Of a stretch of DNA of 41,788 bases, positions 15,904 through 26,509 are shown one piece after another (within the stretch, counting starts at the first letter, position 1; the number at the start of each line of letters is the position of its first letter). The DNA is taken from IMG/VR virus record IMGVR_UViG_3300012942_000074, positions 1-41,788 of that record, one strand, 5' to 3'. A program made the position numbers and the translations under genes. Below the pieces are notes generated by a model, which made no database searches, was not told where the DNA came from, and was given only the letters and a program-made list of their open reading frames with translations. This DNA comes from a virus. Lineage: Duplodnaviria > Caudoviricetes.

Positions 15904-18284
15904 TGGCCGACGATAAGAATTCAACTGGCATGGATGATGATGAACTCGTAGCGATCCTCCGGGCTGAGGAAGCCGACGCAACGTCGTTCTATACGTCCGA
16001 GCTTGCAACGGCTCAGTCCGAGGCCATGGATCGCTATTACGGCGCGCCTTACGGCAATGAAGTCGAGGGCCGGTCGAAGATCACGACGCACGACATCGAG
16101 GACACCATCAACTGGATGATGCCCGATTTGATGCGGGTGTTCATGAACGGCGACGATCTTGTCACCTGCACGCCGAACGCGCCGGAAGACGAAGGCAACA
16201 CGGATTGCGCCGCGCAATATCTCGAACACGTCCTGTTCGAGGATAACCCCGGCGCCGTCATCATTCACGACTTTGCTTTTGACGGCTTGCTGCAACGGCT
16301 CGGCGTCGTCTCCGTCATGTGGCAGGACCCGAAGCCGAAGCCACCGGAAATCCTCGAGGGCGTCAGCGTCGAACAGCTGATGAAAATCCAGGCCGACCCG
16401 GAATACGAAATTCTCGAACAGGACGAGACCAGCCAGTCGATCGAGCCCCCCGAGCAGGATCAGAGTTACAGCGCTCCCCAGCCTCCGCAACAGACCCAGC
16501 AGGCCCAGCCTCCCGGCCCTCCGGGGCAGCCGCCGCAGGCTCAGCTTCCGCCGCCGCAACCGACGCCGCTCATTCCGATCACGCTGCCGACTTTTACGCT
16601 CAAAGTCAGGCATACGCCGAAGATGGGCCGCGTCCACATCGAAAACGTACCTCCCGAGGAGATTGCACTCTCACGCCGGGCCCGGGCATTTCCGAGCCAA
16701 CAGCGTGGCACCTCGATCTCGGCCGGTTACGTGCGGCGCAAACAGGAACGCTTTCTCGGGGATGTGAAGAAAGAGTTCCCCGATTGGGACGGGGATATTG
16801 CCGACGGCTCGGCGCTCGCCGGCCAGAACTCGCAGGACATGGACAATGATCCGCGCGTCCTGTCCCGTTTTCAGAATGAATCGGTGTCGCTTGGCACTGA
16901 GGTCACCAACTCCCAACATCGAAAGAAGGTCGATCTTCTAACCGAGTACCTGTGGATCGATTACGATGGTGATGGCTCGGTTGAACTGAGGCGCATCATA
17001 CGCGTCGAGAACTCGGTTCTGGAAAACGTTGCCGTCGACGACTGCGAATTCAAGACTTGGTCTCCGATCCGTGTCGCACATAAGGCCATTGGCCGGTCTG
17101 TAGCCGACACCATCATAGACCTGCAGAGAATCCGCACGACGATGATGCGGCTGATGCTCGACAGCCTGTCGCAGAGCTTGATTCCGCGCACCATCCTCAA
17201 CTCGCAAATGTCGGATGAGGACACGGTTGACGATCTGCTCGATGCCGAAATCGGCGGCGTCGTCAAAGTCAAGGGCGACGTTCGCGCGGCAATAGCGCCG
17301 CTGGTTGCGCATGACGTCAGCCCTCAAGCTCTAACCGCGCTCGAATACGTCGACCAGAAATCGGAGCAGCAGTCCGGCGTTACCCGCCACGCTCAAGGGA
17401 TCGCACCGGACGCGATCACTAAGACGGCGGCTGGCATCGAGAACCTGCAGGCAGCCGCAGGCGAGCGCATCGAACTCGTCGCCCGTTGGCTTGGACTGGC
17501 GCTCGAAGACGTTCTGAAGCGCGCCTTACAGCTCATCGTCCAGCATCAGGACCGGCCTCGCTGGGTCAAGATCAAGGGCAAGCCGCTCATCGTCGATCCG
17601 CGGACGTGGTCGGATGAAATGGGCGTCAAGGTCCACGTCGGCATGGGCGGCTCGAACCGCCAGACGCAGATGATGAACCTGATGGCGATCGCCGCCAAGC
17701 AAGAGCAGGCGATCCAGGTCGGCGGCCCGCAGAACCCGGTTTGCGACGTGACGCACCTGATCAACACCTATTCCCGCGCCACGGAAGTGATGGGCTTCAA
17801 AGACCCGACGAAGTTCTGGAACACGCCCGATAAAGCGCAACAGATGCTCGCGGCGGCCGCCGCCAAACCTCCGCCGCCAGATCCCAAAATGCTCGCCGTG
17901 CAGCAGGATGGGCAGATCCAGCAGGCCCGTCTACAGATGGACGGCCAGCATAAGCAAGCCGAATTGCAGCAGAAAGGGCAAGCGACACAATCGGATATCG
18001 CGCTCAAGGCCCAGCAGCAGCAGGCCGAAGCGGAATTAGCTCAACGCCAGCAGCAGGCCGAGGCCGCGCTCGCGGTGCGCCAGCAGCAGTTCAACGAACA
18101 ATTGGCTCTGCAAGAGCAGGCGTTCAATCAGCGCCTCGCTGCGCAGCAGGCCGAGTTCGATCAGAGGATGGCTGAAAAGTCCGCCGACCACGCGCACCAA
18201 GTGGCGTTGAAGAAAGCTTCCGCGGTCAACGGCAAGAAGCCGACTGTCGGCCGTGAAATCGAGTTCGGAGGCAATACGGGATGA
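15900..18284 (+). CDS. Portal protein (podovirus, P22-like) with Gln-rich C-terminal barrel helix
   Basis: Position after terminase; AMDRYYG..GNEVEGRSK; long QQ coiled coil. Confidence 0.9.
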   Translation: MMADDKNSTGMDDDELVAILRAEEADATSFYTSELATAQSEAMDRYYGAPYGNEVEGRSKITTHDIEDTINWMMPDLMRVFMNGDDLVTCTPNAPEDEGNTDCAAQYLEHVLFEDNPGAVIIHDFAFDGLLQRLGVVSVMWQDPKPKPPEILEGVSVEQLMKIQADPEYEILEQDETSQSIEPPEQDQSYSAPQPPQQTQQAQPPGPPGQPPQAQLPPPQPTPLIPITLPTFTLKVRHTPKMGRVHIENVPPEEIALSRRARAFPSQQRGTSISAGYVRRKQERFLGDVKKEFPDWDGDIADGSALAGQNSQDMDNDPRVLSRFQNESVSLGTEVTNSQHRKKVDLLTEYLWIDYDGDGSVELRRIIRVENSVLENVAVDDCEFKTWSPIRVAHKAIGRSVADTIIDLQRIRTTMMRLMLDSLSQSLIPRTILNSQMSDEDTVDDLLDAEIGGVVKVKGDVRAAIAPLVAHDVSPQALTALEYVDQKSEQQSGVTRHAQGIAPDAITKTAAGIENLQAAAGERIELVARWLGLALEDVLKRALQLIVQHQDRPRWVKIKGKPLIVDPRTWSDEMGVKVHVGMGGSNRQTQMMNLMAIAAKQEQAIQVGGPQNPVCDVTHLINTYSRATEVMGFKDPTKFWNTPDKAQQMLAAAAAKPPPPDPKMLAVQQDGQIQQARLQMDGQHKQAELQQKGQATQSDIALKAQQQQAEAELAQRQQQAEAALAVRQQQFNEQLALQEQAFNQRLAAQQAEFDQRMAEKSADHAHQVALKKASAVNGKKPTVGREIEFGGNTG

Positions 18285-18583
18285 GAAAACCTCCGAGCGA
18301 CGACGACAAGATCGTCAAGCTCAAGGCCCACGTCGACGCCGCGGAAACCATGCGGCAGATCATGGATCACCCTGCTTATGCGGGGTTTTTTAACGCCTAT
18401 GAGCAGGCGCTTGCCGACAAGATGCTGACCGCGCCGGTACTTGACGATGATGCGCGCCGCTCGGCCGCGATTGAACTGCAGATCCTGAAGAAATTCCGCC
18501 GCCACCTTGCCGACGTTGCGCAACGCGGCGAGCGCGCCAAAACAAAACTCGAAGAGTTGGAGAAAAAGACCAATGCCGGATGA
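18281..18583 (+). CDS. Conserved head-morphogenesis small protein
   Basis: Helical ~100-aa gene between portal and scaffold. Confidence 0.7.
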   Translation: MRKPPSDDDKIVKLKAHVDAAETMRQIMDHPAYAGFFNAYEQALADKMLTAPVLDDDARRSAAIELQILKKFRRHLADVAQRGERAKTKLEELEKKTNAG

Positions 18584-19622
18584 TCTCATCCAGACTCCAT
18601 TGCAGAACGACGGCTCGTATGAAGATGCCGTGGCCTCTATGCCCGATCTTCTGGCCGATGATCCGAAAGATTTCGACCTCGCCACGGGACGGCCGATCAC
18701 GCCGCGCGCCGATGACGGCAAGTTCAAGGGCAAAGAGCAGCCAGCCGATGCCGAGGAAAGCGCTGAGGCCAAAGAGGCAGACGGCAAAGAGAAGCCCGAA
18801 GCCAAGACCGCGGCAAACCCCGAAGAGCCCGAAGATGACGGCGATTATGTCGAACTTCCACCCGAGAAAGAGGGCGAGGAGCCCGTCCGGCACAAGCTCG
18901 ATGAAATCGTCGAAGGATGGCAGAAGGCCAAGACGCTAGAGACCGAACTCGCGGAGGCCAAGAAGGCTCAAACCCAACAGCCTCTCCCGCAAGAGATCGA
19001 GACGCACGTCGTTGAATTGCAGAAGGAACGCGCAGCGACCGTCAAGGCGATGAAGGAATGGCAGGCGCTCAATCAGCCCCGTCAGCCCAATATCAATCTG
19101 ACGAACCCGCAGCATCCCGATTACAACCCAGAATTATTCCACAGTCAGGTGCAGGTCTATCAGAGGCAGCTGGCGTGGCAGAAGGACGTAGCAACGCGTA
19201 TCGAGGAAGCCGAGACCCAGACGAAATCCGAGCAGGAGGCCCTTCGCGCATCGAGGATCGCGCGTGAATCGGCAGAGCTTCGGAAGTTCTGGCCGGAAGT
19301 TCTCGACGATCCCAATGCGCGGACGGCAACGAAAAAGGCGCTCTTCGATCACTACAAGATCGATGATGCGATGCTCGATTCCGATCTGACGCTCGACCAC
19401 AGAATTTATGCGCTGGCCAAAGACGCACTCGCCTACAGGGCGTTGCAGGGCAAGCAGGCCGACGCGGTGAGAGCCGTCAAGGCGAAGCCCAAGCTGATCC
19501 AGGGCCACGCGCGCGCCACGCCATCAAACCCGAAAGTCCAGAAGCAGTCTCAGGCCTTCACACGCCTTGCCCAGTCGGGAAGCGTGGAAGATGCCGCCGA
19601 CGCTCTTGAGGGCTTTCTCTGA
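18573..19622 (+). CDS. Capsid scaffolding protein
   Basis: Acidic N-terminus; coiled coil; C-terminal RLAQSGSVEDAA; precedes the capsid gene. Confidence 0.8.
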   Translation: MPDDLIQTPLQNDGSYEDAVASMPDLLADDPKDFDLATGRPITPRADDGKFKGKEQPADAEESAEAKEADGKEKPEAKTAANPEEPEDDGDYVELPPEKEGEEPVRHKLDEIVEGWQKAKTLETELAEAKKAQTQQPLPQEIETHVVELQKERAATVKAMKEWQALNQPRQPNINLTNPQHPDYNPELFHSQVQVYQRQLAWQKDVATRIEEAETQTKSEQEALRASRIARESAELRKFWPEVLDDPNARTATKKALFDHYKIDDAMLDSDLTLDHRIYALAKDALAYRALQGKQADAVRAVKAKPKLIQGHARATPSNPKVQKQSQAFTRLAQSGSVEDAADALEGFL

Positions 19623-19645
19623 AACCCTTTCCAGGATCTTAAGCC

Positions 19646-20653
19646 ATGACTGTCCCTTCCAATACGACCCAGACCTTTCAGATGTCTGGCATCCGCGAGC
19701 AATTGTCGGATGTCATCATCAACATCGCGCCCATGGACACTCCGATGTTCACGGGGATCAAGAAAGGCACGGCCACGACGCGCACGCCCGAATGGATGCG
19801 CGATACGCTGGATAAACCGAACCCATCCAACGTCGTCGTTGAAGGCGCCGACGCGACCAACCTTTCTGCGGTCGACCCGGACCGGCTGAAGAACATCACG
19901 CAGCTGTTCGAAAAGACCGTGCAGGTTTCATCGACGGCGCAGGCCGTCAAGGCCGCTGGCCGGTCGGATGAGCTTAAGTACCAGGTCGCCAAGCGCGGCA
20001 AGGAGATTAAGCGCGACGTCGAAATGCGCATTACGGGCAACTGGGCGTCGGTTCTCGGCAATTCCACGACGGGAGGGCAGGCCGCCGGCTTTGAATCCTG
20101 GATCGTCACCAACGCTTCGCGCGGTTCGGGTGGCGCTGCCGGTGGCTTCTCTGCCGGTATCGTCTCGGCAGCAACGGATGGCACGGGCCGTGCTTTCACG
20201 GAAGCGTTGCTCAAGTCGACCATCCAGTCATGCTGGAACAATGGCGGCGACATCTCGCAGATTCATCTCTGCGGCGATCATAAGCAGCAGGCCTCGGCCT
20301 TCTCCGGCATTGCGACGCAGTACCGGCAGAACGACGGCACGAAGGACGCGACCATCCTCGGCGCCGCTGGTATCTATGTGTCCGACTTTGGCACGCATAA
20401 GCTGTTGGCCAACCGCTTCATCGGTTCGGGCACCGGCCGCACGCTCGATACCGAAACGGGCCTTGCTCTTGGTGCTTCGGTGCGCTCGGCGCTGCTCGTC
20501 GATCCGTCGAAGTGGAAATTGGTATTCCTGCAGCCCTTCAAGACGACGCCGCTGGCGAAGACCGGCCACTCGGACCGGCGCATGCTCTTTGCCGAGTTGA
20601 CGCTCGAATGCCTCGAAGAGCGCGGCTCCGGCGTTGTGGCCGATCTCAACTGA
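19646..20653 (+). CDS. Major capsid protein (DUF5309/SU10-like)
   Basis: GIREQLSDVIINIAPMDTP; N.TQLFEKTVQVS; LAKTGHSDRRML. Confidence 0.9.
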   Translation: MTVPSNTTQTFQMSGIREQLSDVIINIAPMDTPMFTGIKKGTATTRTPEWMRDTLDKPNPSNVVVEGADATNLSAVDPDRLKNITQLFEKTVQVSSTAQAVKAAGRSDELKYQVAKRGKEIKRDVEMRITGNWASVLGNSTTGGQAAGFESWIVTNASRGSGGAAGGFSAGIVSAATDGTGRAFTEALLKSTIQSCWNNGGDISQIHLCGDHKQQASAFSGIATQYRQNDGTKDATILGAAGIYVSDFGTHKLLANRFIGSGTGRTLDTETGLALGASVRSALLVDPSKWKLVFLQPFKTTPLAKTGHSDRRMLFAELTLECLEERGSGVVADLN

Positions 20654-20880
20654 TGCAGTTGAAACGCGTGAGAATAACCGCCCGCGAGGTCCATGACGGA
20701 CTTGGCGGGCGGTACTTTATGGGCGAAGCGCCGACGCTTCCGGCCGATATCGCGGTGATCATCGTCTCCCGCAATATGGCGGTCTACGAGGAAGATGTGG
20801 AGCCGCCGGAGGAATCCGGAAGCCTCGCGTCCGAGGCATCGGAAATCCCTGCCAGAAAGAAACGAGAGAGGCGGAAATGA
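20653..20880 (+). CDS. Hypothetical virion-associated protein
   Basis: TGATG overlap after the capsid gene. Confidence 0.6.
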   Translation: MQLKRVRITAREVHDGLGGRYFMGEAPTLPADIAVIIVSRNMAVYEEDVEPPEESGSLASEASEIPARKKRERRK

Positions 20881-21188
20881 AACGCCTCCTCGACTACGAT
20901 CCCGTGACCGGCATCCGGGAAGTGTTTGAAGCGACTGACGACGGGTTCCAGGTTCACTACTCGCAAGACGTCGAAGGCATCATCGAAGCCAACAAGCGGG
21001 CTCAGAACGATGCGCCGGACAGAATGGGCGAGTTCGTGCACGCGGCAGACATCCCGATCCTCATTCAGATGAAATGGATGATCGAGCACGGCGTCGACAT
21101 CTACAACCCGGACCATACGCCGGGGATCATTCGGCTTCTGAATGACCCGGATTACCGCTACCTCAAGGTTAGGAAAATCATCCTATGA
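20877..21188 (+). CDS. Conserved hypothetical head-region protein
   Basis: QDVEGIIEANK...ADIP...LNDPDYRYLK. Confidence 0.75.
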   Translation: MKRLLDYDPVTGIREVFEATDDGFQVHYSQDVEGIIEANKRAQNDAPDRMGEFVHAADIPILIQMKWMIEHGVDIYNPDHTPGIIRLLNDPDYRYLKVRKIIL

Positions 21189-21724
21189 CAGTGGTGAATC
21201 TCTACGCCCTGACCGCGGACGGGCGCAATGTTCCCGTGCGCGCCGACGCGGCCGGGAACATCGCAGGCGGCGGTTCGCTGGGCTCAGCGCAGTCCGGACA
21301 GCCATGGAACTACGCGGCTGCATCGGGCGGCATAACCGACACGAGCGACGTGACGCTCGCTCCGGCGCAAGGCGTAGGCAAGTCGGCGTATCTGACCAGT
21401 CTCCAGGTCATGAACTCATCCGCGACGGCGACGGAGGTCGTCATCAAGGACGGTTCGACGGTGATTTGGCGGGCCAAGTTCGGCGCGTCGATGATCCAGC
21501 CTGTCTCGGTCCCGCTCAACCTCGCATCATCTCCGAATACGGCTCTCAAGGCCGCGTGCATTACCTCGGGGTCCGCGACCTACATCAACGCGCAGGGCTA
21601 CGTGGACGTGTCGCCCGCTGGCACGGTCGCTGCGATCACGCCTCAAGACGAGCTCTTGGATGAGTTCGGAAACCTGATGTTCGACAACAATTCCAACAAC
21701 GCGCAGCTCTTCTGCCTTCATTGA
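21185..21724 (+). CDS. Putative structural/decoration protein
   Basis: Beta-rich, Gly/Ala/Ser-rich ORF in the structural operon. Confidence 0.65.
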   Translation: MTVVNLYALTADGRNVPVRADAAGNIAGGGSLGSAQSGQPWNYAAASGGITDTSDVTLAPAQGVGKSAYLTSLQVMNSSATATEVVIKDGSTVIWRAKFGASMIQPVSVPLNLASSPNTALKAACITSGSATYINAQGYVDVSPAGTVAAITPQDELLDEFGNLMFDNNSNNAQLFCLH

Positions 21725-21737
21725 GGAACGATAAGCC

Positions 21738-22373
21738 ATGAGCTTTTTGAACAATCTGACGTCTACAAATGCGAGTGCGATTGGCGTCGGTCCCAACGGC
21801 AATACCAACCCGTCGTTCCAGGTCGATGCGTCGGCATCAAGCGCCGCGACCGGCGTCAAGATCACGGCCAAAGCGGCAGCAAGCGGTGTGTCACTCGCGG
21901 CCGTCTCAAGCGGGACAAACGAAGATCTCGACATTGACGCCAAGGGTACGGGACAAGTCGTCATTGGCGGAACGTCGACCGGGAACATCGTCGCCAAACG
22001 CGCGCTGGCGGCCGATCTCGGAATTACCTCGAAAGGGGCCACGGCAGGCATCGGCTATGCGACGGGTGCAGGCGGGGCCGTCTCGCAGGCGACAAGCCGT
22101 TCGACTGGCGTGACGCTCAACGCGGTCTGCGGTGCGATCACGCTCGTTTCGGCGGCGGGGTCGGCAACGCCCGCAACGTTCACCGTTACGAACTCGGCAG
22201 TGGCGGCGACAGATGTCGTGGTTGCGAGCCAGAAATCAGGCACCGATGCTTACGCGGTCTATGTGACAGCCGTAGCGGCTGGCAGCTTCAAGCTGACCGT
22301 TGTCGACCTGACCGGGACGACGACTGAACAGCCCGTCATCAACTTCGCCGTTATCAAGGGCGTCGCGGCCTAA
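21738..22373 (+). CDS. Putative head fibre/decoration protein
   Basis: IGYATGAGGAVSQATSRSTGVTLN motif; Ala/Thr-rich. Confidence 0.7.
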   Translation: MSFLNNLTSTNASAIGVGPNGNTNPSFQVDASASSAATGVKITAKAAASGVSLAAVSSGTNEDLDIDAKGTGQVVIGGTSTGNIVAKRALAADLGITSKGATAGIGYATGAGGAVSQATSRSTGVTLNAVCGAITLVSAAGSATPATFTVTNSAVAATDVVVASQKSGTDAYAVYVTAVAAGSFKLTVVDLTGTTTEQPVINFAVIKGVAA

Positions 22374-23026
22374 TGGCGATTGCCACCTATAACGACCTCG
22401 CCGCTGCGGTCAAAACGTGGTGCGCGAGGTCGGACTCGGCGTTCTCAAATCAGATCGAGACGTTCGTCGCTCTGCATGAGCTTCGGATGTACAACGGGTC
22501 TGACGATAACAACGGGCCGCTCCAATGCGACCCGCTGATGGCGCCCGAGATCGAAAAGCAGGGAACGGTGACGTTCGCCGCGGGCGTCGCGCCATTGCCC
22601 GCTGGCGTTTCGACCGTGCGGTTTCTCGGCCGTCCCGGTGATCGCGTCGGCATCGACTACATGACACCGCGCCAGTTCGATCTTCTGGACGCAAATTCTT
22701 CCGGCGGCGACGTTCAGGCCTTCACGGTCAAGGGCGCGAATATCTACGTCACGCCAAGCTTCGATGGTCCGTTCAATATCATCTACTACGAGGTGCAGCC
22801 CGCGATCTCGTCGAGCAACCCGTCAAACGTGCTACTTACCAATTATCCGCTGATCTACTTCCACGGGGTGATGCACGAAGCCTTCGCGTTCATGCAGGCA
22901 ACAGACCTCGCGATGGCACAATTTGCCCGCTACAAGGCGGCCGTCACCGGCGTCAATATCTCGATCCGTGGCGTTCGTTATGGGGGCACGCCGCTGCGCA
23001 TCAAGCCTCGGAACGCCATACCGTGA
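22373..23026 (+). CDS. Head-tail adaptor protein
   Basis: MAIATYNDLAAAVKTW..RSD; N.LLTNYPLIYFHG. Confidence 0.8.
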   Translation: MAIATYNDLAAAVKTWCARSDSAFSNQIETFVALHELRMYNGSDDNNGPLQCDPLMAPEIEKQGTVTFAAGVAPLPAGVSTVRFLGRPGDRVGIDYMTPRQFDLLDANSSGGDVQAFTVKGANIYVTPSFDGPFNIIYYEVQPAISSSNPSNVLLTNYPLIYFHGVMHEAFAFMQATDLAMAQFARYKAAVTGVNISIRGVRYGGTPLRIKPRNAIP

Positions 23027-24585
23027 TTCCCTTTGGACCATGGCATCCCGACGCCGCAGCAACCAACGCGCCGGCGCTGTTGAAAGCGAAAGGCTGCCTT
23101 CCTGGCGTCCAGGATACGGTTAAGGGCCCGGCACCGGCGTTCGTGTCGGAACTGAGCCCAGCACCCGTATCGGATGCGATCGGAGACGTGCTGCTCGACG
23201 ATATCGGCGGCGTCATCATCGATGACGCAGACCACACGGTCTACGCGTTTTCAACGTTATCGATGCAGTGCCTGGGGCTGGTCTCCGTCATTGAAAACGA
23301 TGGCACCGTGGTGCAGGTCGCCGGGACGGCAACGAACCTCTATCATCTCGCAAGCCCGGCGTGGCTTGACGTCACGAACTCGGGCGGCCCTTACGCAACC
23401 CCGCCCGGCGAACGCTGGCGGTTTGCCGGGTATAATCCGTACGTCCTCGCAACCAACTATATCGATCAACCGCAGAAATACGACACCTCATCGCCAGCGC
23501 TCTTTGCTGACCTCGGAGGCTCGCCGCCGAAAGCCCGGTTTATCGGCGTCGTTCGCGATCAGGTCGTACTTGCCGGGATCAACGGCGCCGAGAATGCCCT
23601 TCAATTCTCAGGCTTCAACAATTCAGAATTGTGGACCATCGGAGGCGTCGGCGGCGCCGACATTCAGGCGTTTCCCGACGGCGGCCCGCTGACCGGGTTT
23701 GTCGGCGGCGCGGTCGGCTACGTGTTCCAGGCGACCAAAGTCACGCGCATGACGCTGACCGGCGAATCGACAATCATCTATCAGTTCGACGAGATTCAAG
23801 GCGGCAAGGGGTGCGTCGCGCCCGACTCCATCGTCAAAGCCGGCGACCTCATCTATTACTTCGCGGCAGATGGGTTTCAGGTTCTCTCGATCACGACAGG
23901 GGAAGTAAAACCGCTCGGCATCAATAAGTGGCGCGAGTGGTTCTTGGACGACTACGCGCCGGGCACGGAACGCCTGATCCTTGGTGCGCGCGACCCGCTC
24001 AACCCGATCATCAAATGGGCCTATGTGTCCGGTTCAACGACCGGGATTCTGCCGGGACGCGCCATTAATTACAACTGGTCGTTGGATGAAGCGACATATG
24101 AAGATGTGTCGGTCGAAGCGATTTCGAACTGGCTGACATCGGGCTTCAATCTCGACACGCTGGGAACGGCCGGAAATATGGAGACGTTGCCGTTCTCGCT
24201 CGACAGTCCGTTCTGGCGCGGCGGCGTCCCGCTGCTCTCGGTCATCGATACCAGTCACCGCCTGAACTATTTCGAGGGCGGGACCATGCAGGCGGAGTTC
24301 ATCACAGCAGATGGAGCATCCGATGCCAGAGCCTTCATTCGTGGCACGCGCCCGCTGGTCGATACGACAGACGTGACGGTCGCAATCGCCATGCGCGAAC
24401 GCGACGGCGATGCGGAGAATAACGCCGTGCCATTCCCGGTTCAGGAAGTCATGGAATCGAACGGGACGGTGTCCGCTCATGCGTCTGGTTTCGTCGCGCG
24501 TGCTCAGATCATCATCCCGGCCGGAGCGACATGGAGCAAGCTGAAAGGCATATCGACGTCGCTTGGGAGCATGGGTAAGCGATGA
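23023..24585 (+). CDS. Tail nozzle/DNA-stabilisation protein (P22 gp10-like)
   Basis: 520-aa beta-rich protein after the adaptor; MIPFGPWHPD start. Confidence 0.75.
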   Translation: MIPFGPWHPDAAATNAPALLKAKGCLPGVQDTVKGPAPAFVSELSPAPVSDAIGDVLLDDIGGVIIDDADHTVYAFSTLSMQCLGLVSVIENDGTVVQVAGTATNLYHLASPAWLDVTNSGGPYATPPGERWRFAGYNPYVLATNYIDQPQKYDTSSPALFADLGGSPPKARFIGVVRDQVVLAGINGAENALQFSGFNNSELWTIGGVGGADIQAFPDGGPLTGFVGGAVGYVFQATKVTRMTLTGESTIIYQFDEIQGGKGCVAPDSIVKAGDLIYYFAADGFQVLSITTGEVKPLGINKWREWFLDDYAPGTERLILGARDPLNPIIKWAYVSGSTTGILPGRAINYNWSLDEATYEDVSVEAISNWLTSGFNLDTLGTAGNMETLPFSLDSPFWRGGVPLLSVIDTSHRLNYFEGGTMQAEFITADGASDARAFIRGTRPLVDTTDVTVAIAMRERDGDAENNAVPFPVQEVMESNGTVSAHASGFVARAQIIIPAGATWSKLKGISTSLGSMGKR

Positions 24586-25304
24586 CGATTCCGGTCTTGA
24601 ACGAAGCTCATTCGACAGAGCGAGAAAAAAATCAGCGCATCAACCTGCTGATTAAGGCCGTCGCAACCACCAGCGTAGCCGACGGCTCCATCACATACGC
24701 CAAGATTCAAAACGTTTCCGCGACGGATAAGCTGCTCGGCCGCGCATCGGCAGGCGCTGGCCCGGTTGAGGAAATTTCATGTACGTCGGCGGGGCGGGCG
24801 CTCTTGGATGACGCCGATGCCGCGTCGCAGCGCACCACCCTAGGGCTTGGCTCTGCCGCGCTCTTAACTGCGGATACGGACGCCTCGTTAACCGCCGACA
24901 GCGATGACAATGTCGCGACGCAGAAAGCTGTCAAGGCTTATGTTGCGGCCAACTCCGGAGCGATGACTGGCGCGCAGATTCTATCGGAACTTTTGACGGT
25001 AGATGGAAGCGGCTCAAGCCTTGACGCCGATCTACTGGATGGCGTCCAAGGCTCCAGCTATTGTCTCACAACAAACGTAGACAACACTATAGCCGGACTC
25101 TCAGTCGGAGCGGTCGGAACTTATGCGCAGCTTTATTATGGTAGCACATCGGCGTTGGGCGCCGGGTCTACGTTGGCAGGCTCCAGCCTCTCTTACTCGA
25201 CCGGCGCGGGGTATTCGCAGGGTTCATCGCCTGGAGGAACATGGCGCTTGATGGGGCAGAAGCCATCCGTCGGTGCGTCATCGGTATGGCTAAGAATTAG
25301 CTAA
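24582..25304 (+). CDS. Short tail fibre/needle-like protein
   Basis: ADGSITYAKIQNV; GSSLDADLLDG; GAVGTYA...GTWRLMG fibre motifs. Confidence 0.75.
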   Translation: MTIPVLNEAHSTEREKNQRINLLIKAVATTSVADGSITYAKIQNVSATDKLLGRASAGAGPVEEISCTSAGRALLDDADAASQRTTLGLGSAALLTADTDASLTADSDDNVATQKAVKAYVAANSGAMTGAQILSELLTVDGSGSSLDADLLDGVQGSSYCLTTNVDNTIAGLSVGAVGTYAQLYYGSTSALGAGSTLAGSSLSYSTGAGYSQGSSPGGTWRLMGQKPSVGASSVWLRIS

Positions 25305-25778
25305 ATGATCGACGGAAAAACAATCAGCATCCGCAGTCCAAAGTACGCTACGGCCGACAGCCGGTGCGTTGATTGCGAGATAAACCATCCCGAATACGGG
25401 TGGGTCCCTTTTACGTGTGATCCTGATGATGTGATGCCTTATTCGAAAGACATCTATGATCGAGCGGTGAGCTTGAATCCAGCGACCTACACGAGCCCTC
25501 CTCCGACGGACGCGGACTACACAAACGCAATCCAGATACATATCGATCGAGTCGCCCAAGCGAAGAATTATTCCGACGGCGTCTCGCTCGCCAGCTACAA
25601 AGACAGCACCAATTCAGAGTGGGCGGCGGAAGCAACGAGCTTCATCGCATGGCGCGATGCCGTGTGGGCCTATGCCTATCAGCAGCTTGCAATCGTCTCA
25701 ACCGGGCAGCGTGCGCAACCCACGGTCGATGCTCTCATCGGAGAGTTACCGGCACCCCCGTGGACGGGTGGCATATAA
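25305..25778 (+). CDS. Tail fibre assembly chaperone
   Basis: DCEINHPEYGWVPFT; EATSFIAWRDAVW; follows a fibre gene. Confidence 0.75.
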   Translation: MIDGKTISIRSPKYATADSRCVDCEINHPEYGWVPFTCDPDDVMPYSKDIYDRAVSLNPATYTSPPPTDADYTNAIQIHIDRVAQAKNYSDGVSLASYKDSTNSEWAAEATSFIAWRDAVWAYAYQQLAIVSTGQRAQPTVDALIGELPAPPWTGGI

Positions 25779-25792
25779 TGGAACGGCACCCG

Positions 25793-26509
25793 TCAGGAAC
25801 CACACGTGAGTTGATAAAGAAGAGGAAGCCACAGGGTTCGCAGATTGAACGCGAAGCGGTGCAAGCCGATGGAGACGCGACCTGCCGAGCGCGACTTTGA
25901 TCGTTCCGTAATCGTCGATGGGACTTCCGAGACGCCTGCTCCTCCTGCGATATGGGGCGCGAGCCCATAGACGTTCAGTCCGAGACGCCAAGGATACCGA
26001 ATCTCTCCGTCAATAGGGTCTTTGATAAGCCGGGGTCGCAGAAGCTTTTTCGCTCCCGACGAACTGACTAAAAGAGCCGCCGCGCCGACGGGAATTTTGA
26101 AATAGCGAACCAAGGAATGGCCGGTTTCCGTTTTGCCCAATAACTGCAGCGCGTTTTTCCCAGGGCGTGTCAGCCGTATTACATCCCAATTCGCCGGGAC
26201 CAGATTGACAACTTCGATAATCGTTTCGACGAAATCGTCGGTGATTTCCGCGTCATCTTCCAAAATGGCGGCATAGCCAAGATTTCGCTCCCGGATCGCG
26301 GAATAGGCAAGCAAGTGGCTGGCGGAGCAGCCAACCTCGCCGGGTGTCATGCGATCGTCGAAATAGGACTTAAGCCATTCCGGGACCGCGCGGCCGTCAA
26401 CGCCTGAAATACGAACGGGATCTAATCCGGCACGATCCAATTGCCGCTCGATCCGCTCGCGGCGCGCGGTATCGCAATCGCGATTGATATAAAAGACAGG
26501 AATGGCCAC
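25793..26509 (-). CDS. Glycosyltransferase family 25 (LPS/LOS modification) moron
   Basis: FYINRD...RRERI; GEVGCSASH; ILEDD; antisense to the late operon. Confidence 0.92.
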   Translation of the reverse strand: MAIPVFYINRDCDTARRERIERQLDRAGLDPVRISGVDGRAVPEWLKSYFDDRMTPGEVGCSASHLLAYSAIRERNLGYAAILEDDAEITDDFVETIIEVVNLVPANWDVIRLTRPGKNALQLLGKTETGHSLVRYFKIPVGAAALLVSSSGAKKLLRPRLIKDPIDGEIRYPWRLGLNVYGLAPHIAGGAGVSEVPSTITERSKSRSAGRVSIGLHRFAFNLRTLWLPLLYQLTCGS

